Notes: generated by a model from the sequence alone, not told the origin. Positions 50,553 to 60,164 are shown, counted from the stretch's first letter. The stretch: DNA of 64,000 bases from a bacterium (GCA_044869275.1 JBIOXB010000139.1:1-64000); one strand, 5' to 3'. Numbers and translations are program-made.

Positions 50553-51023
50553 ATGAAAAAACCCGTAATCGTTATGGCGGGCGTGTTCGCCCTTACGCTG
50601 TGGCAAGTTGGATGCTCTGCCCCTCACCGCATCTCGAGGCCAGCAAAACTGCACATTGTTTCTTCGCCGCGCTTGAATCTGGATGAAAATGGCTACGCCC
50701 ATCCCGTCGAAGTCCGAATTTACTTTTTGAGATCGCACCACGCTTTTGCAAGCCGTAAATCGCTTGAGCTTTGGGAAAATGATGATGCGATTTTGACCCG
50801 AGACCTGATTTGGAAGAATCAAATAACAGTTTTTCCTGCTCGGGATAACACGATGATTCTCCCGAGGCCAGAGCTGGCGCAAGCAGGTTATCTAGGCATC
50901 GTTGCCAATTATATCAAACCCCGCCTGAACCAGAACAAGGATGTCTTTGCTTTGCACCAGGGCCAAAGCTTCACGCTGAAGCTTGAGCCTCGACATCTCA
51001 GCCTCGAAGTCAACAGCAATTGA
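50553..51023 (+). CDS. tssJ: T6SS outer-membrane lipoprotein TssJ-like
   Basis: Lipoprotein signal ending QVG-C, LNLDENGYAHPVEVRIYFL, YLGIVANY; adjacent to tssL/tssM. Confidence 0.8.
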   Translation: MKKPVIVMAGVFALTLWQVGCSAPHRISRPAKLHIVSSPRLNLDENGYAHPVEVRIYFLRSHHAFASRKSLELWENDDAILTRDLIWKNQITVFPARDNTMILPRPELAQAGYLGIVANYIKPRLNQNKDVFALHQGQSFTLKLEPRHLSLEVNSN

Positions 51024-51096
51024 GCCAGAAGATATGATTCACGCACGCATCACGAAGCTTTGAACAGGCAACGAATCGTCAATTCAGGATAGAAAA

Positions 51097-51822
51097 TTGA
51101 ACTCGAGCTTACCCAACACCGAGCAGAAGCTGGCGGAATTGTGCACGAACATTTTTTCACTGGCATTATGGCTGCGTACGCAAAGCGATTTGGGCGCGCC
51201 TGAGAATCTGCGCCAAAAAATTCTCCCGTTGTTTACCAAGATGGAGACGGAGGGCGCCCAAAGAGGTGTCCCGCCCGTCGATCTACGCGAGGCAAAATTT
51301 GCCCTCACCGCTTTGCTCGATGAAACGCTCATGGGTTCGTCCTGGCCCGGCAAAAGCAATTGGGAAAAGCGCATGTTGCAAGACGAGCTCTTCAACACCA
51401 CCAATGCTGGCGAGGAGTTTTTCATCAAGCTCGAACAATTGCGACGCGCAGAGAGTAAAGAAACCGCAGTGTTGGAAGTCTTTCATTGGTGCTTACTGCT
51501 CGGCTTCGAAGGCAAGTATAATGACCGCGAGACACTCGATACGCTCATCTGGGAACTCAGCCAGGAACTAGGCCTGAAGATGTTCTCTTTGCAACAGGAA
51601 TTGTCGCCGGGCTTGAGGCCGCTGGAGCGAGCTTCCCACGTGCGCCAACGAAGCCCGATATCCGCGGGCATCATCTGCGCGGTCTGCATGGTGGGAAGCT
51701 TGCTTTGTTTCTTGATTTTGGAAAACCGTCTCAGCGCACAAGCGGAAACCGTTAAAGCGCGCCTCGAATGGATACTGGCGAAACCCTCGCCCGGACAAGA
51801 AGGAGCTCAAAGGACAAAATGA
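51097..51822 (+). CDS. tssL: T6SS DotU/TssL family protein (no OmpA domain)
   Basis: AKFALTALLDE, LQDELFNTTNAGEEFF..LE.L, LEVFHWCLLLGFEGKY, C-terminal TM. Confidence 0.92.
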   Translation: MNSSLPNTEQKLAELCTNIFSLALWLRTQSDLGAPENLRQKILPLFTKMETEGAQRGVPPVDLREAKFALTALLDETLMGSSWPGKSNWEKRMLQDELFNTTNAGEEFFIKLEQLRRAESKETAVLEVFHWCLLLGFEGKYNDRETLDTLIWELSQELGLKMFSLQQELSPGLRPLERASHVRQRSPISAGIICAVCMVGSLLCFLILENRLSAQAETVKARLEWILAKPSPGQEGAQRTK

Positions 51823-51951
51823 TTGGAGGCGTAACGATTTTTGGAATCGTTACGTTTTGCCTTTCGAAGTTTTTGTCTGATGAACGGCCCTTTGGCTCTT
51901 TGGTTTTTGAGGTGAACGAGCCCGAAAAAGACCTATGCACAAACGGACCCA

Positions 51952-54900
51952 ATGGAACATCCTCAATCTTCAAAACAATCTCAGCATACCCGCCTTGGAA
52001 TAATGCCGGAGAGTGCGCCGCTGCCAACGGTGGCGACGGAAAACGCAGATTTAGTCACTTCTGCTCAGGCAGAGCTACCACGTGAACCGCATATCCCCCA
52101 ATTCTCGGAAACCATTCAAAGTTCTCGTCGCCGCAGGCCGTTTGAAAAGCAGCCTTGGTACTTGATCACGGGACCGCTGGGCAGCGGCAAGAGCACGGCG
52201 TTACGACACTCGGGAATGAAGCCTTCGCGGGACACTGCTTGGAAAATCACAAAAGGAAAGACTGCGCCTGCAACTAAGGATTATGAATTCTATTCCACGC
52301 ATGATACGGTTTGGGTAGACGCCTCGGGCCGCTACGTCGATCTCAGCAGCGATACCTTGAATCTCGAAGAATGGCGGGCCTTTTTCAAGCAACTGGCCAA
52401 GCAGCGCTCGCCAAAAGCTTTTCAGGGTTTGCTGGTCATGGTCAGCATGGTGGAGCACACACCCGGGCGGTTCGGAATTTTGACAGCCAATGCGCAAGCG
52501 CTCGAGCGCCAAGCTTTACTGCTGCGTAATTTCATCGACGAGCTCATGGCACTGTTCGGTTCGCGCTTCCCAGTATATCTGATCGTGACCAAGTGCGATC
52601 TGGTGAGCGGTTTCATTGAATTTTTTGATGATCTCGGGGAGGCCGAGTGCCAACAAGTGTGGGGTAGCACCTTTGCGTCAACGTTATCACAACCCGGAGC
52701 AGGCTTAGAGAGTTTTGGACAAGAATGTGAACAGTTGCAGCACGTGCTCAAAATGCGGAGGTCGAGCAAGCTCCTGGACGCGGAAACTACGGAGGGCAAG
52801 CGTGAGATTTATAACTTTCCCCTACAATGGTGGGAATGCCAACGCCGGCTCGCGAGTTTTGTTGCCGCACTTTTTCAACACGATCCGGACCATGAACCGG
52901 TATTTTGGCGAGGTTTTTATTTTATTAGCAGCGTACAGGAAGGTCTAACGATCGATGGGGTTGGCCGAAGCATAAACGACTACCTAGGCCTGCCTGCGGA
53001 AAATCCCAAGCCGGTCAGAAGCGAACAGAAGAGTTTTTTTCTCAAAAATCTGTTCACACAGTTGATTCTCGCGGATCGCTATTTGATGCAACCACATCCC
53101 GCAGTTGATCGCCGCCAACAAATGCGGCAATGGGTAGGCGTGGCCGCGGCTATTCTACTGGCAGGAATCTTGATTAGCGGTTTTTCAATCTCCTATTACG
53201 GGAACAAGCGCTTGCTGCAGGCCGCACAGCAAGCGGCTGAGCGCGCAGCACCTCTTGCGCAAAAAAATATGCCGCGCGATCTATTCGCACTGGATAGCTT
53301 GCGGGTCCTGGTGAAAAGCCTGGAGAAGCAAAAACCATTCGCGCTGCGTTGGGGCCTGTATCAGGGAGAAAGAATAGTGCAGCCCACGCGGAAAATCTAT
53401 TTTGCAAGCTTGCTGCGCGCCCTGGTGCATCCCGTCCAGGCCTCTTTGGAACAGCGGCTCAATCAGCCATTCTTTTGCGCCGGGAATCGCGATTCTTGTT
53501 ACCTGCTGCTCAAAACGTATCTTATGCTGGACACGAGCCGGTGCCAATTGGATGAAAGTCTCCTGCGCCGCAAAATGTTCGAGATCAGTCAGGAGCTTTA
53601 TCGCAGGCCGCTGCCCAGCGGAGATGCCAGTGCCTTGGCGCGGCAGATCGATTTCTATGTGGCGCACTTCAAAGATCCCAACCATCCGGCACTGCGCCTC
53701 AACGAAAACTTGGTGCAAATGGCGCGCAGGCAGTTGCAAGGCGTGGCCACCGTGGAAATGGTTTATACCAATGCGAAAGCCGCTGCCGAGCAAGCCCCAC
53801 TCATGGCAATAGCTTTGGAAACCATCTTTCAAAACCAAGAACAGGATCTTATGGCGGGAGATTACTCCGTTCCTGGTTTGTTCACCAAGCCCGGCTGGGA
53901 ACGCTTACGAGCCGAGCTGGAAAAGTTCAGCAGCACTGAGCAGCAACGAGATTGCGTTTTGGGTCTGGCAACTGGCCCTCTGGCGAGCCGGTCCGATCGC
54001 GCAAAGATGCAGACACAGATCGAGAATCTGTATTTCAAAGAGTATCATGAACATTGGCGCCGCTTCATACAGGGTATCTCCTTGCGGCGTTTTAGAAATC
54101 TCAAAGATGCCGCCCAGTCTCTTAACGTGCTCACAGGACAGTCCTCACCGCTGATGACGCTGGTGAAAATCATCGCCGAGCATACGGACCTCAAGCAAGA
54201 ATTGACGCAGGCGCAATTCGCGGAAAATCCCTCGCCTTTCGAAGCGACGCCCCCGCTTGTGCAAGTAAAGCAAGATTTTCAACCCATTCAGCGTTTATTG
54301 TTGGTGCAAGACGGAACGGTAACGCCGCCCCCTATCACTCCATATTTTGACGCATTGGCGGAGCTGGGCGATGCGATGCAGGAGATCTCCGCGGCGCCGG
54401 AGGGCGGAGCCACCGCTTTTGCGCAAGAGCTTCTTTCCGGCAAAAATAATGCTTTATCGCGCGGGATGGAGAATATCGGGCGCATCTTGGGCCATCGTGA
54501 TAGCTTGCTGCGACCCCTGTGCGAACAACCCTTTAAATATTCCTGGGCTGTGATTCTGGTTGCGGCACAAGCGCACCTCAATAAGCTTTGGGCCAATGCC
54601 GTGTACACCCCCTTCGTCGAGACGCTCGCGACCAAGTATCCTTTTGATCCTCAAGGCCGCGAGGACGCGAGCCGCACAGAAGCGGGCGACTTTTTCAAAC
54701 CAATAAACGGAACCTTCTGGAGTTTTTTTGATAAACACCTCGCTGGATTCGTCGATCACCAGTCCGGGCGGACGAAAAGCCAGCCAGGATTCGAGGGCAT
54801 TCGCTTATCCGATGATTTTCGTGAAGGCCTTGCGCAGGCAGATTTCCTCTCGAAGAACCTTGTTGCCGCGGAGCGGCAAACACAACCGATCTTTTTGCGC

Positions 54901-55263
54901 CTGCAACCGGAGCCACCGCAGAATGCACCAAACATTGATGCCATCGAGCTGTACTATGACGGTAAAGCCTACCAGTACAAGATGGGGCAGCGACCGATAT
55001 GGACCCTCACCTGGCCGGTGGCCAATCAAAAGGTTCAAATCATTGCCAAAACACAAAACCGGATACTCGCGATAAAAGTTTTTGCCGGTCATTGGGCGCT
55101 GTTTAGAATGCTGCGCGCTGCCAGAATGGAGCAACACACCCTGTATTGGAATTTCGAAGGAATGAAGACCAATATCGGGTTCACGGTGGTTGAAATGAGC
55201 CCCACTTTGTTACCCATGATAAAAAACCTGCAAAGCTTTCACTGCCCGGGCAAGTTAGACTAA
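51952..55263 (+). CDS. tssM: T6SS IcmF/TssM family protein lacking N-terminal TM helices
   Basis: PWYLITGPLGSGKST Walker A, VDASGRY, FPVYLIVTKCDLVSGF, WRGFYFISSVQEG, single TM, VPGLFTKPGW, KYPF, GHWALFRML. Confidence 0.9.
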   Translation: MEHPQSSKQSQHTRLGIMPESAPLPTVATENADLVTSAQAELPREPHIPQFSETIQSSRRRRPFEKQPWYLITGPLGSGKSTALRHSGMKPSRDTAWKITKGKTAPATKDYEFYSTHDTVWVDASGRYVDLSSDTLNLEEWRAFFKQLAKQRSPKAFQGLLVMVSMVEHTPGRFGILTANAQALERQALLLRNFIDELMALFGSRFPVYLIVTKCDLVSGFIEFFDDLGEAECQQVWGSTFASTLSQPGAGLESFGQECEQLQHVLKMRRSSKLLDAETTEGKREIYNFPLQWWECQRRLASFVAALFQHDPDHEPVFWRGFYFISSVQEGLTIDGVGRSINDYLGLPAENPKPVRSEQKSFFLKNLFTQLILADRYLMQPHPAVDRRQQMRQWVGVAAAILLAGILISGFSISYYGNKRLLQAAQQAAERAAPLAQKNMPRDLFALDSLRVLVKSLEKQKPFALRWGLYQGERIVQPTRKIYFASLLRALVHPVQASLEQRLNQPFFCAGNRDSCYLLLKTYLMLDTSRCQLDESLLRRKMFEISQELYRRPLPSGDASALARQIDFYVAHFKDPNHPALRLNENLVQMARRQLQGVATVEMVYTNAKAAAEQAPLMAIALETIFQNQEQDLMAGDYSVPGLFTKPGWERLRAELEKFSSTEQQRDCVLGLATGPLASRSDRAKMQTQIENLYFKEYHEHWRRFIQGISLRRFRNLKDAAQSLNVLTGQSSPLMTLVKIIAEHTDLKQELTQAQFAENPSPFEATPPLVQVKQDFQPIQRLLLVQDGTVTPPPITPYFDALAELGDAMQEISAAPEGGATAFAQELLSGKNNALSRGMENIGRILGHRDSLLRPLCEQPFKYSWAVILVAAQAHLNKLWANAVYTPFVETLATKYPFDPQGREDASRTEAGDFFKPINGTFWSFFDKHLAGFVDHQSGRTKSQPGFEGIRLSDDFREGLAQADFLSKNLVAAERQTQPIFLRLQPEPPQNAPNIDAIELYYDGKAYQYKMGQRPIWTLTWPVANQKVQIIAKTQNRILAIKVFAGHWALFRMLRAARMEQHTLYWNFEGMKTNIGFTVVEMSPTLLPMIKNLQSFHCPGKLD

Positions 55264-55264
55264 A

Positions 55265-55354
55265 ATGACGGCGCGCAAGGGCGATCAGGCGGTGCATGGG
55301 GGTGTCATTGTTGCCGGTTGTCCGACCGTAATCATTGGGGATTCGGGCGGCTAA
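55265..55354 (+). pseudogene. C-terminal PAAR-domain fragment (29 aa, not in the ORF track)
   Basis: ATG 1 nt after the tssM stop; MTARKGDQAVHGGVIVAGCPTVIIGDSGG matches the final PAAR repeat (AR.GD...HGG.I..GCPTV.IG). Confidence 0.75.
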
Positions 55355-55374
55355 CCTTCACGAAAAGACAGCTA

Positions 55375-55587
55375 TCAAACAGTGACATGAATGGTTTCTA
55401 AATAGACGGAATCATTTTGCGGTACAAGTAGGTCGCTTTTCATGTTTGACATAGTTTCCAAATACCCTACGATCGCTTCGGCGGTATTTTTTCTCACCTC
55501 TACGACAGTTTCTCCGATCGCATTGCAGCCGGGCAGGTCTGGACAATAGGCCCAATAGCCGTCTCCTTCCTCATTTTTCTGAATCAC
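55375..55587 (-). CDS. HicB-family antitoxin (orphan, possibly 5'-damaged)
   Basis: GYWAYCPDLPGCNAIGETVVEVRKNTAEAIVGYLE; only a GTG start; no hicA seen. Confidence 0.78.
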   Translation of the reverse strand: MIQKNEEGDGYWAYCPDLPGCNAIGETVVEVRKNTAEAIVGYLETMSNMKSDLLVPQNDSVYLETIHVTV

Positions 55588-55664
55588 GACTTTGCATTTA
55601 CAGACACACTAACATGCTGTAAAATATTACCGTTAGCTGATAGAATCAAGTTTTTCGATCCGCA

Positions 55665-55940
55665 ATGCCCGAAAATATGTTCGAATGTCCTCGACGAGCA
55701 GCTCGGGCTCTTCCAACGCGGCAAAATGGCCGCCGCGAGCAGGGTTCGCGCGTCCTGCCCATCATCGTTCGTCCCTGCAAGTGGCAAAGCGAGCCGGCGC
55801 TCAGCAGCCTGCAAGCCTTGCCGAAAGACGGCAAGGCAGTGATTACTTTCTCCAAAGACAACGGTGACCGAGATCAAGCTTGGTCGGACATTACGACTGC
55901 TATTGAAAAACGCGCCAGAGAGAAATCGAAAGTGATTTGA
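55665..55940 (+). pseudogene. TIR-domain C-terminal fragment
   Basis: RVLPIIVRPCKWQ...LQALPKDGKAV...RDQAWSDI is the second half of bacterial TIR domains; N-terminal FISY half absent. Confidence 0.7.
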
Positions 55941-55952
55941 TAACGTTAAGCC

Positions 55953-55981
55953 GTAGAGACGTTCCGGCGGAACGTCTCTAC
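55953..55981. repeat. GTAG-type REP palindrome
   Basis: gtagagacgttcc-ggc-ggaacgtctctac perfect 13-bp stem between convergent genes. Confidence 0.75.
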
Positions 55982-55990
55982 AATGCGCTT

Positions 55991-56710
55991 TCACATGCCC
56001 GCATAAAGCAGCTTTAACGCCGTGACGAACACCGGGGCAAAGACATAGTCATACGCCCTCCATGCCACCAGAATGCCCAGCATGGCAAAGTTCGGATTTT
56101 GGGTGAAAGCCCAAAAACTTCGCGCCGCGTTTTCGCTGAGGAACAGCCCGACGACGGTATGGCCGTCCAACGGCGGCAAGAGCATGAGATTGAAAGTGGC
56201 AAGCAGCAAATTCAACGAGAAAAGAATACTGAGAAACTTCGCCAGCACACCGGGCCAGCCTGCGGTACTGGTCTCTACAATCCTAGTAAAACCGATTTCG
56301 TCCGCACTGGTGGGCTGGTGAATGAAGCCCGTCGAAGCGCCAATGAAAATGCCGGCCACGGCGATCAACACCAACACCAAATTGGCAAGCGGCCCGGCAA
56401 GCGCCATCCAGGCGGCGCGCTTGGGGTAGCGCTGTTGCCAAAGCGGATCATACGGCGCGCTCGCCCAGCCCATCATCCAGCCGCTCAAAGCAAACGAGAG
56501 CAGCGGAATCACGACGGTTCCGAAGGGCGCGCGTTGGATATGCGGCCAGGGATTGAGGCTGACTTGCCCGCCTTCGTAAGCCGTCAAATCGCCGCCGAGT
56601 TTGGCAGCAAAAGCGTGCGCCGCTTCGTGGCAGGTGAGTGAAAAGAGGAAGATCACATACCAAATTGGAAACAGCCCAAAATTTTCGAGTGACATTTTGT
56701 GAATCCCCAT
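55991..56710 (-). CDS. Site-2 protease (M50) family
   Basis: HEAAH, LAGPLAN, FNLMLLPPLDG; start 56710 or 56695. Confidence 0.92.
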   Translation of the reverse strand: MGIHKMSLENFGLFPIWYVIFLFSLTCHEAAHAFAAKLGGDLTAYEGGQVSLNPWPHIQRAPFGTVVIPLLSFALSGWMMGWASAPYDPLWQQRYPKRAAWMALAGPLANLVLVLIAVAGIFIGASTGFIHQPTSADEIGFTRIVETSTAGWPGVLAKFLSILFSLNLLLATFNLMLLPPLDGHTVVGLFLSENAARSFWAFTQNPNFAMLGILVAWRAYDYVFAPVFVTALKLLYAGM

Positions 56711-56883
56711 TTAAGGTCGGAGGTTTTGAATTCTGAATAAAACAAATTTCAGGGAAATGTCAACAGCTAATAATGGCCCTGCCCAAGGCCTCCAATACAA
56801 GCGGTAATGCAAGCACCGTGCTTGCGGCCATGAGAACGATGCCCCGCCGGATTGCGTCAGTTGTCCTTCATCTCCATTTCCTG

Positions 56884-56914
56884 CCGTTTATCCCTCCCAG
56901 ACGACCGCTCATCG
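56884..56914 (+). promoter_or_regulatory. Candidate LytTR binding site
   Basis: CCGTTTATC-N12-CCGCTCATC (21-bp period) upstream of 57063. Confidence 0.45.
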
Positions 56915-57062
56915 CCTAACTGTGATCTTTTTCTTTTTGAGTGCGTATCTTTGTCTCAACAAAACGCAGCGGCCCTGCACTTTGACCTCCCTTGCAGACG
57001 GACACACTCCGTCGGTCCCGACACCGGCTGTTTTAGTTGTTGGGCGGCCGTGAGGAAAACAT

Positions 57063-57809
57063 ATGGCACTTCTAATTCTAATCGTTTTGTACGCGATTGC
57101 CCTTTCCGCAGCGCTGGCGCGCGCAGGTTACCGCGCGCGAATCGCTCCTTCGGGTGACACCTCTCGCAGGCGTCCCTCACGAATTCTCATTGTAGGTGCC
57201 ACAGGCGGCACTGGCCGCCAGCTTGTCATGCAAGCATTGGAGCGCGGTTACATGGTCACGGCGCTTGTACGAAACCCTGCAAAGCTGCAGGTCGAACATC
57301 CGCAACTTTCGGTCGTGCAAGGTGATGTCCTAGACTACGGCTCCGTCGATATGGCCATGCGCGGCCAAGAGGCCGTGGTCTCCGCCCTGGGGCACAAACG
57401 GTTCTTCTATCCCACTCGCATTCTGTCCGAAGGAACGCGGAACATTCTGCGGGCGATGGCGGCTCATAGCGTCCCGAGACTCGTCTGCCAAACTTCTCTC
57501 GGCATCGGAGACAGCGTCGGCCGTATGGGTTTGTACTACACGTTTTTCACGATCCCGATGATTTTACCCTTCTACTTCTGGGATAAGACGCGGCAAGAAC
57601 GAATCATCGCGGAAAGTAACGCGGAGTGGGTGATTGTGCGGCCAGGGTTGCTGACCAATGGCGGCAAGCGAGGTCGATACAACTCTGGTCGCCAGGTTGG
57701 CAGTTTCTTTGGAACGGTGCACATTTCCCGTGCTGACGTCGCAGATTTCATGCTCAACCAGCTGGAGTCTGATACGTTTCTGCACACCGCGACGGGCGTG
57801 GCGTGGTAA
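57063..57809 (+). CDS. NAD(P)H-binding atypical SDR (flavin reductase/BVR-B-like) with N-terminal anchor
   Basis: ILIVGATGGTG, GDVLD, WVIVRPGLL, ISRADVADF. Confidence 0.88.
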   Translation: MALLILIVLYAIALSAALARAGYRARIAPSGDTSRRRPSRILIVGATGGTGRQLVMQALERGYMVTALVRNPAKLQVEHPQLSVVQGDVLDYGSVDMAMRGQEAVVSALGHKRFFYPTRILSEGTRNILRAMAAHSVPRLVCQTSLGIGDSVGRMGLYYTFFTIPMILPFYFWDKTRQERIIAESNAEWVIVRPGLLTNGGKRGRYNSGRQVGSFFGTVHISRADVADFMLNQLESDTFLHTATGVAW

Positions 57810-57865
57810 AGCGGGCACTGCTAGCGTACGTTAAAGTTCTCTGACCCTCATGCAAGGAACTTCTC

Positions 57866-58102
57866 ATGTTAGATCAAATCATTCGCGTCTTTCTGTGGCT
57901 CCATATCGCCGCGGTCTCTGCGTTTGCCGTGGTGAATTTGACCTTTTTGCCTCCCTTGGTGCGCTGGTTGGGACCAACGGCCATCGGTGTGCCACTGTTG
58001 AGTCTGTGGATTGGATATTATAAGAACAAATTTCATCACGGCAAAAAGCCCGCAGACGTGGCCATCATTCGTGAACCGGAGTTGTTGCAGGAAGCAGCCT
58101 GA
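57866..58102 (+). pseudogene. Internally deleted DUF2306-like membrane protein
   Basis: N-terminal LWLHIAA joined directly to C-terminal-type VSAFAVVN..LPP..WLGPT.IG.P...W..YYK; family call from memory. Confidence 0.45.
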
Positions 58103-58252
58103 GTGCTGAAAAAGATGCCTACGGCATGACACGTTACTTACAGGGAATTCTGCTGAGAAGACCAAACGACCACGGGCAATACTGTTGAAGAGCTTTAGGC
58201 AAGATGATTAAATGGCAAAATGATTTGAAATTATTTCGCAAGGAGAATCAAT

Positions 58253-58945
58253 ATGTCTCCCGTCATCGAGTTTCATGATCTTCACAAAACCTATCTCCTC
58301 GGAAAATCCGAGGTGCCGGCCTTGCGCGGGATTTCGCTGCAAATTGACGTTGGTGAATTTGTGGCTCTAGCCGGTCCTTCCGGTTCCGGCAAAACCTCGG
58401 CGCTGAATTTGATGGGCTGCATCGACAAAGCCAGCTCCGGTGAGATTCTCTTTGAAGGGCAAAACATCACCAGCACCTCGTTGCCGGCATTGGCATCCGC
58501 CCGGCGCGAGAAGATTGGGTTCATTTTTCAAAACTTCAATCTCATTCCGGTGCTGACCGCTTACGAGAATGTGGAATATCCGCTGTTGTTACGTCATGTC
58601 GCTGCCAAGGATAGAAAGCAGCGCGTGCGGCAAGCCCTGGAATATACCGGTCTCCTGGATCGCGCCCGGCATAAACCCAATGAGCTTTCCGGCGGCCAGC
58701 GCCAGCGCGTTGCGATCGCCCGGGCCCTGGTGGGCGAACCGCGTGTGGTGCTGGCCGATGAACCGACTGCGAATCTCGATTCCATGACCGCGGCAGACAT
58801 CATCACGCTCATGCGCCGGTTGAATCAAGAACAGGGTGTGACTTTTGTGTTTTCCACGCACGATCCACACATGATGCAAGCGGCGCGCCGCTTGATTCAT
58901 TTGCGCGATGGTCAAATCACCGGAGAGGAGAAGGCACATGCTTAA
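58253..58945 (+). CDS. ABC transporter ATP-binding protein (LolD/MacB-type)
   Basis: GPSGSGKT, LSGGQRQRVAIARAL, LADEPTANLD, STHD. Confidence 0.96.
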   Translation: MSPVIEFHDLHKTYLLGKSEVPALRGISLQIDVGEFVALAGPSGSGKTSALNLMGCIDKASSGEILFEGQNITSTSLPALASARREKIGFIFQNFNLIPVLTAYENVEYPLLLRHVAAKDRKQRVRQALEYTGLLDRARHKPNELSGGQRQRVAIARALVGEPRVVLADEPTANLDSMTAADIITLMRRLNQEQGVTFVFSTHDPHMMQAARRLIHLRDGQITGEEKAHA

Positions 58946-60164
58946 ATTCATCCAGTTCGCAATCCGCAATGTTTTTCGCAACCAGCGTCGCACGCTCATC
59001 TCCCTGCTGGTCATGGTCTTTGGCGCCTGTGCCTTGATCCTGGCCGGCGGTTTTATGCTGCGCACATTTTGGGGATTGCGCGAAAGCACGATTCACGGCC
59101 AAACCGGGCATCTGCAAGTTTATCACCGCGACTATTTCAATCGCGAGGAGGAGAAAAGTCTCGAGCTTAGCCTCGAGAACTTGCCGGCCGTGCGCGAGCT
59201 CGCGCTTGCCAATCCCGAAGTCAATCTCGCGACGCCACGCATAGATTTGACCGGATTGATTTCCAACGGCGATAAATCTTCCATCTTCCTTGGCCAGGGC
59301 CTCGATCCGGAAAAGGAAGCGCAAATGATGGGCGCCTTTGGCCGGCCGGAAAACATTCTGGCGCTCAACGAGGGCACAGAGGATGAAGTCGTGCTCGGCG
59401 CCGGCCTGGCCAAAAGCTTGAATGTGAAGGAAAGCGATTATTTAACACTGATGAGCACGACCAGCGACGGCGCCCTCAATGCCATCGACGTTTTGGTCAA
59501 AGGAACTTTCTCCACCGGCATCAGCGATATCGACAAGCGCTTTTTGAAGGTGCGCAATGAAACCGCACAACGGCTCGCCAATACCGGCCGCGTGCGCAAT
59601 CTCGTGTTGCAGCTCGCGCGCACGGAGATGACGGAACCGGTGCGGCAGGATTTGCAGGCGAAATACGATCGCGCCGGCATGCCGGTGGTGGTGAAAACCT
59701 GGGAAGAGATGGCGCCTTACTATCGCAGCGTGGTGGGATTGTACTACGCCATTTTCGGATTTTTGATGCTGGTGATTTTCATCATCGTGCTCGCCAGCAC
59801 CGCCAATACCATCATCATGAGCATCAGCGAGCGCGTGCAGGAAATCGGCACACTCATGGCGATGGGGACTTCACGCGCCAAGGTCGTGCAGATGTTTTTA
59901 TATGAAGGGCTGGTGCTGGGAGGGCTCGGTGCCGTGCTGGGGATTCTCACCGCCGGTGGATTGAGCTGGTGGATCAATCAAGCCGGCATCGTGATGCCCC
60001 CGCCGCCGGGATGGGATCAAGGCTATGCTTTGAACATCCGTGTCGAGTTGTGGCTGGTCGGGGTCGTGTTGGGATTGATGATGGTCACCGCCGTGCTTTC
60101 GACGGTGATTCCCGCGGTGCGCGCCGCGCGCATGAAAATCGTGGATGCGCTCGGCCATGTTTGA
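58938..60164 (+). CDS. ABC transporter permease (LolC/E-FtsX type)
   Basis: AIRNVFRNQRRT, GHLQV, MSISERVQEIGTLMAMG, PAVRAARMKIVDAL. Confidence 0.93.
   Translation: MLKFIQFAIRNVFRNQRRTLISLLVMVFGACALILAGGFMLRTFWGLRESTIHGQTGHLQVYHRDYFNREEEKSLELSLENLPAVRELALANPEVNLATPRIDLTGLISNGDKSSIFLGQGLDPEKEAQMMGAFGRPENILALNEGTEDEVVLGAGLAKSLNVKESDYLTLMSTTSDGALNAIDVLVKGTFSTGISDIDKRFLKVRNETAQRLANTGRVRNLVLQLARTEMTEPVRQDLQAKYDRAGMPVVVKTWEEMAPYYRSVVGLYYAIFGFLMLVIFIIVLASTANTIIMSISERVQEIGTLMAMGTSRAKVVQMFLYEGLVLGGLGAVLGILTAGGLSWWINQAGIVMPPPPGWDQGYALNIRVELWLVGVVLGLMMVTAVLSTVIPAVRAARMKIVDALGHV

Noticed and set aside
51097..55263. TssL-TssM readthrough fusion (same reading frame)
   Set aside because: Three stops intervene (51820, 51832, 51913)
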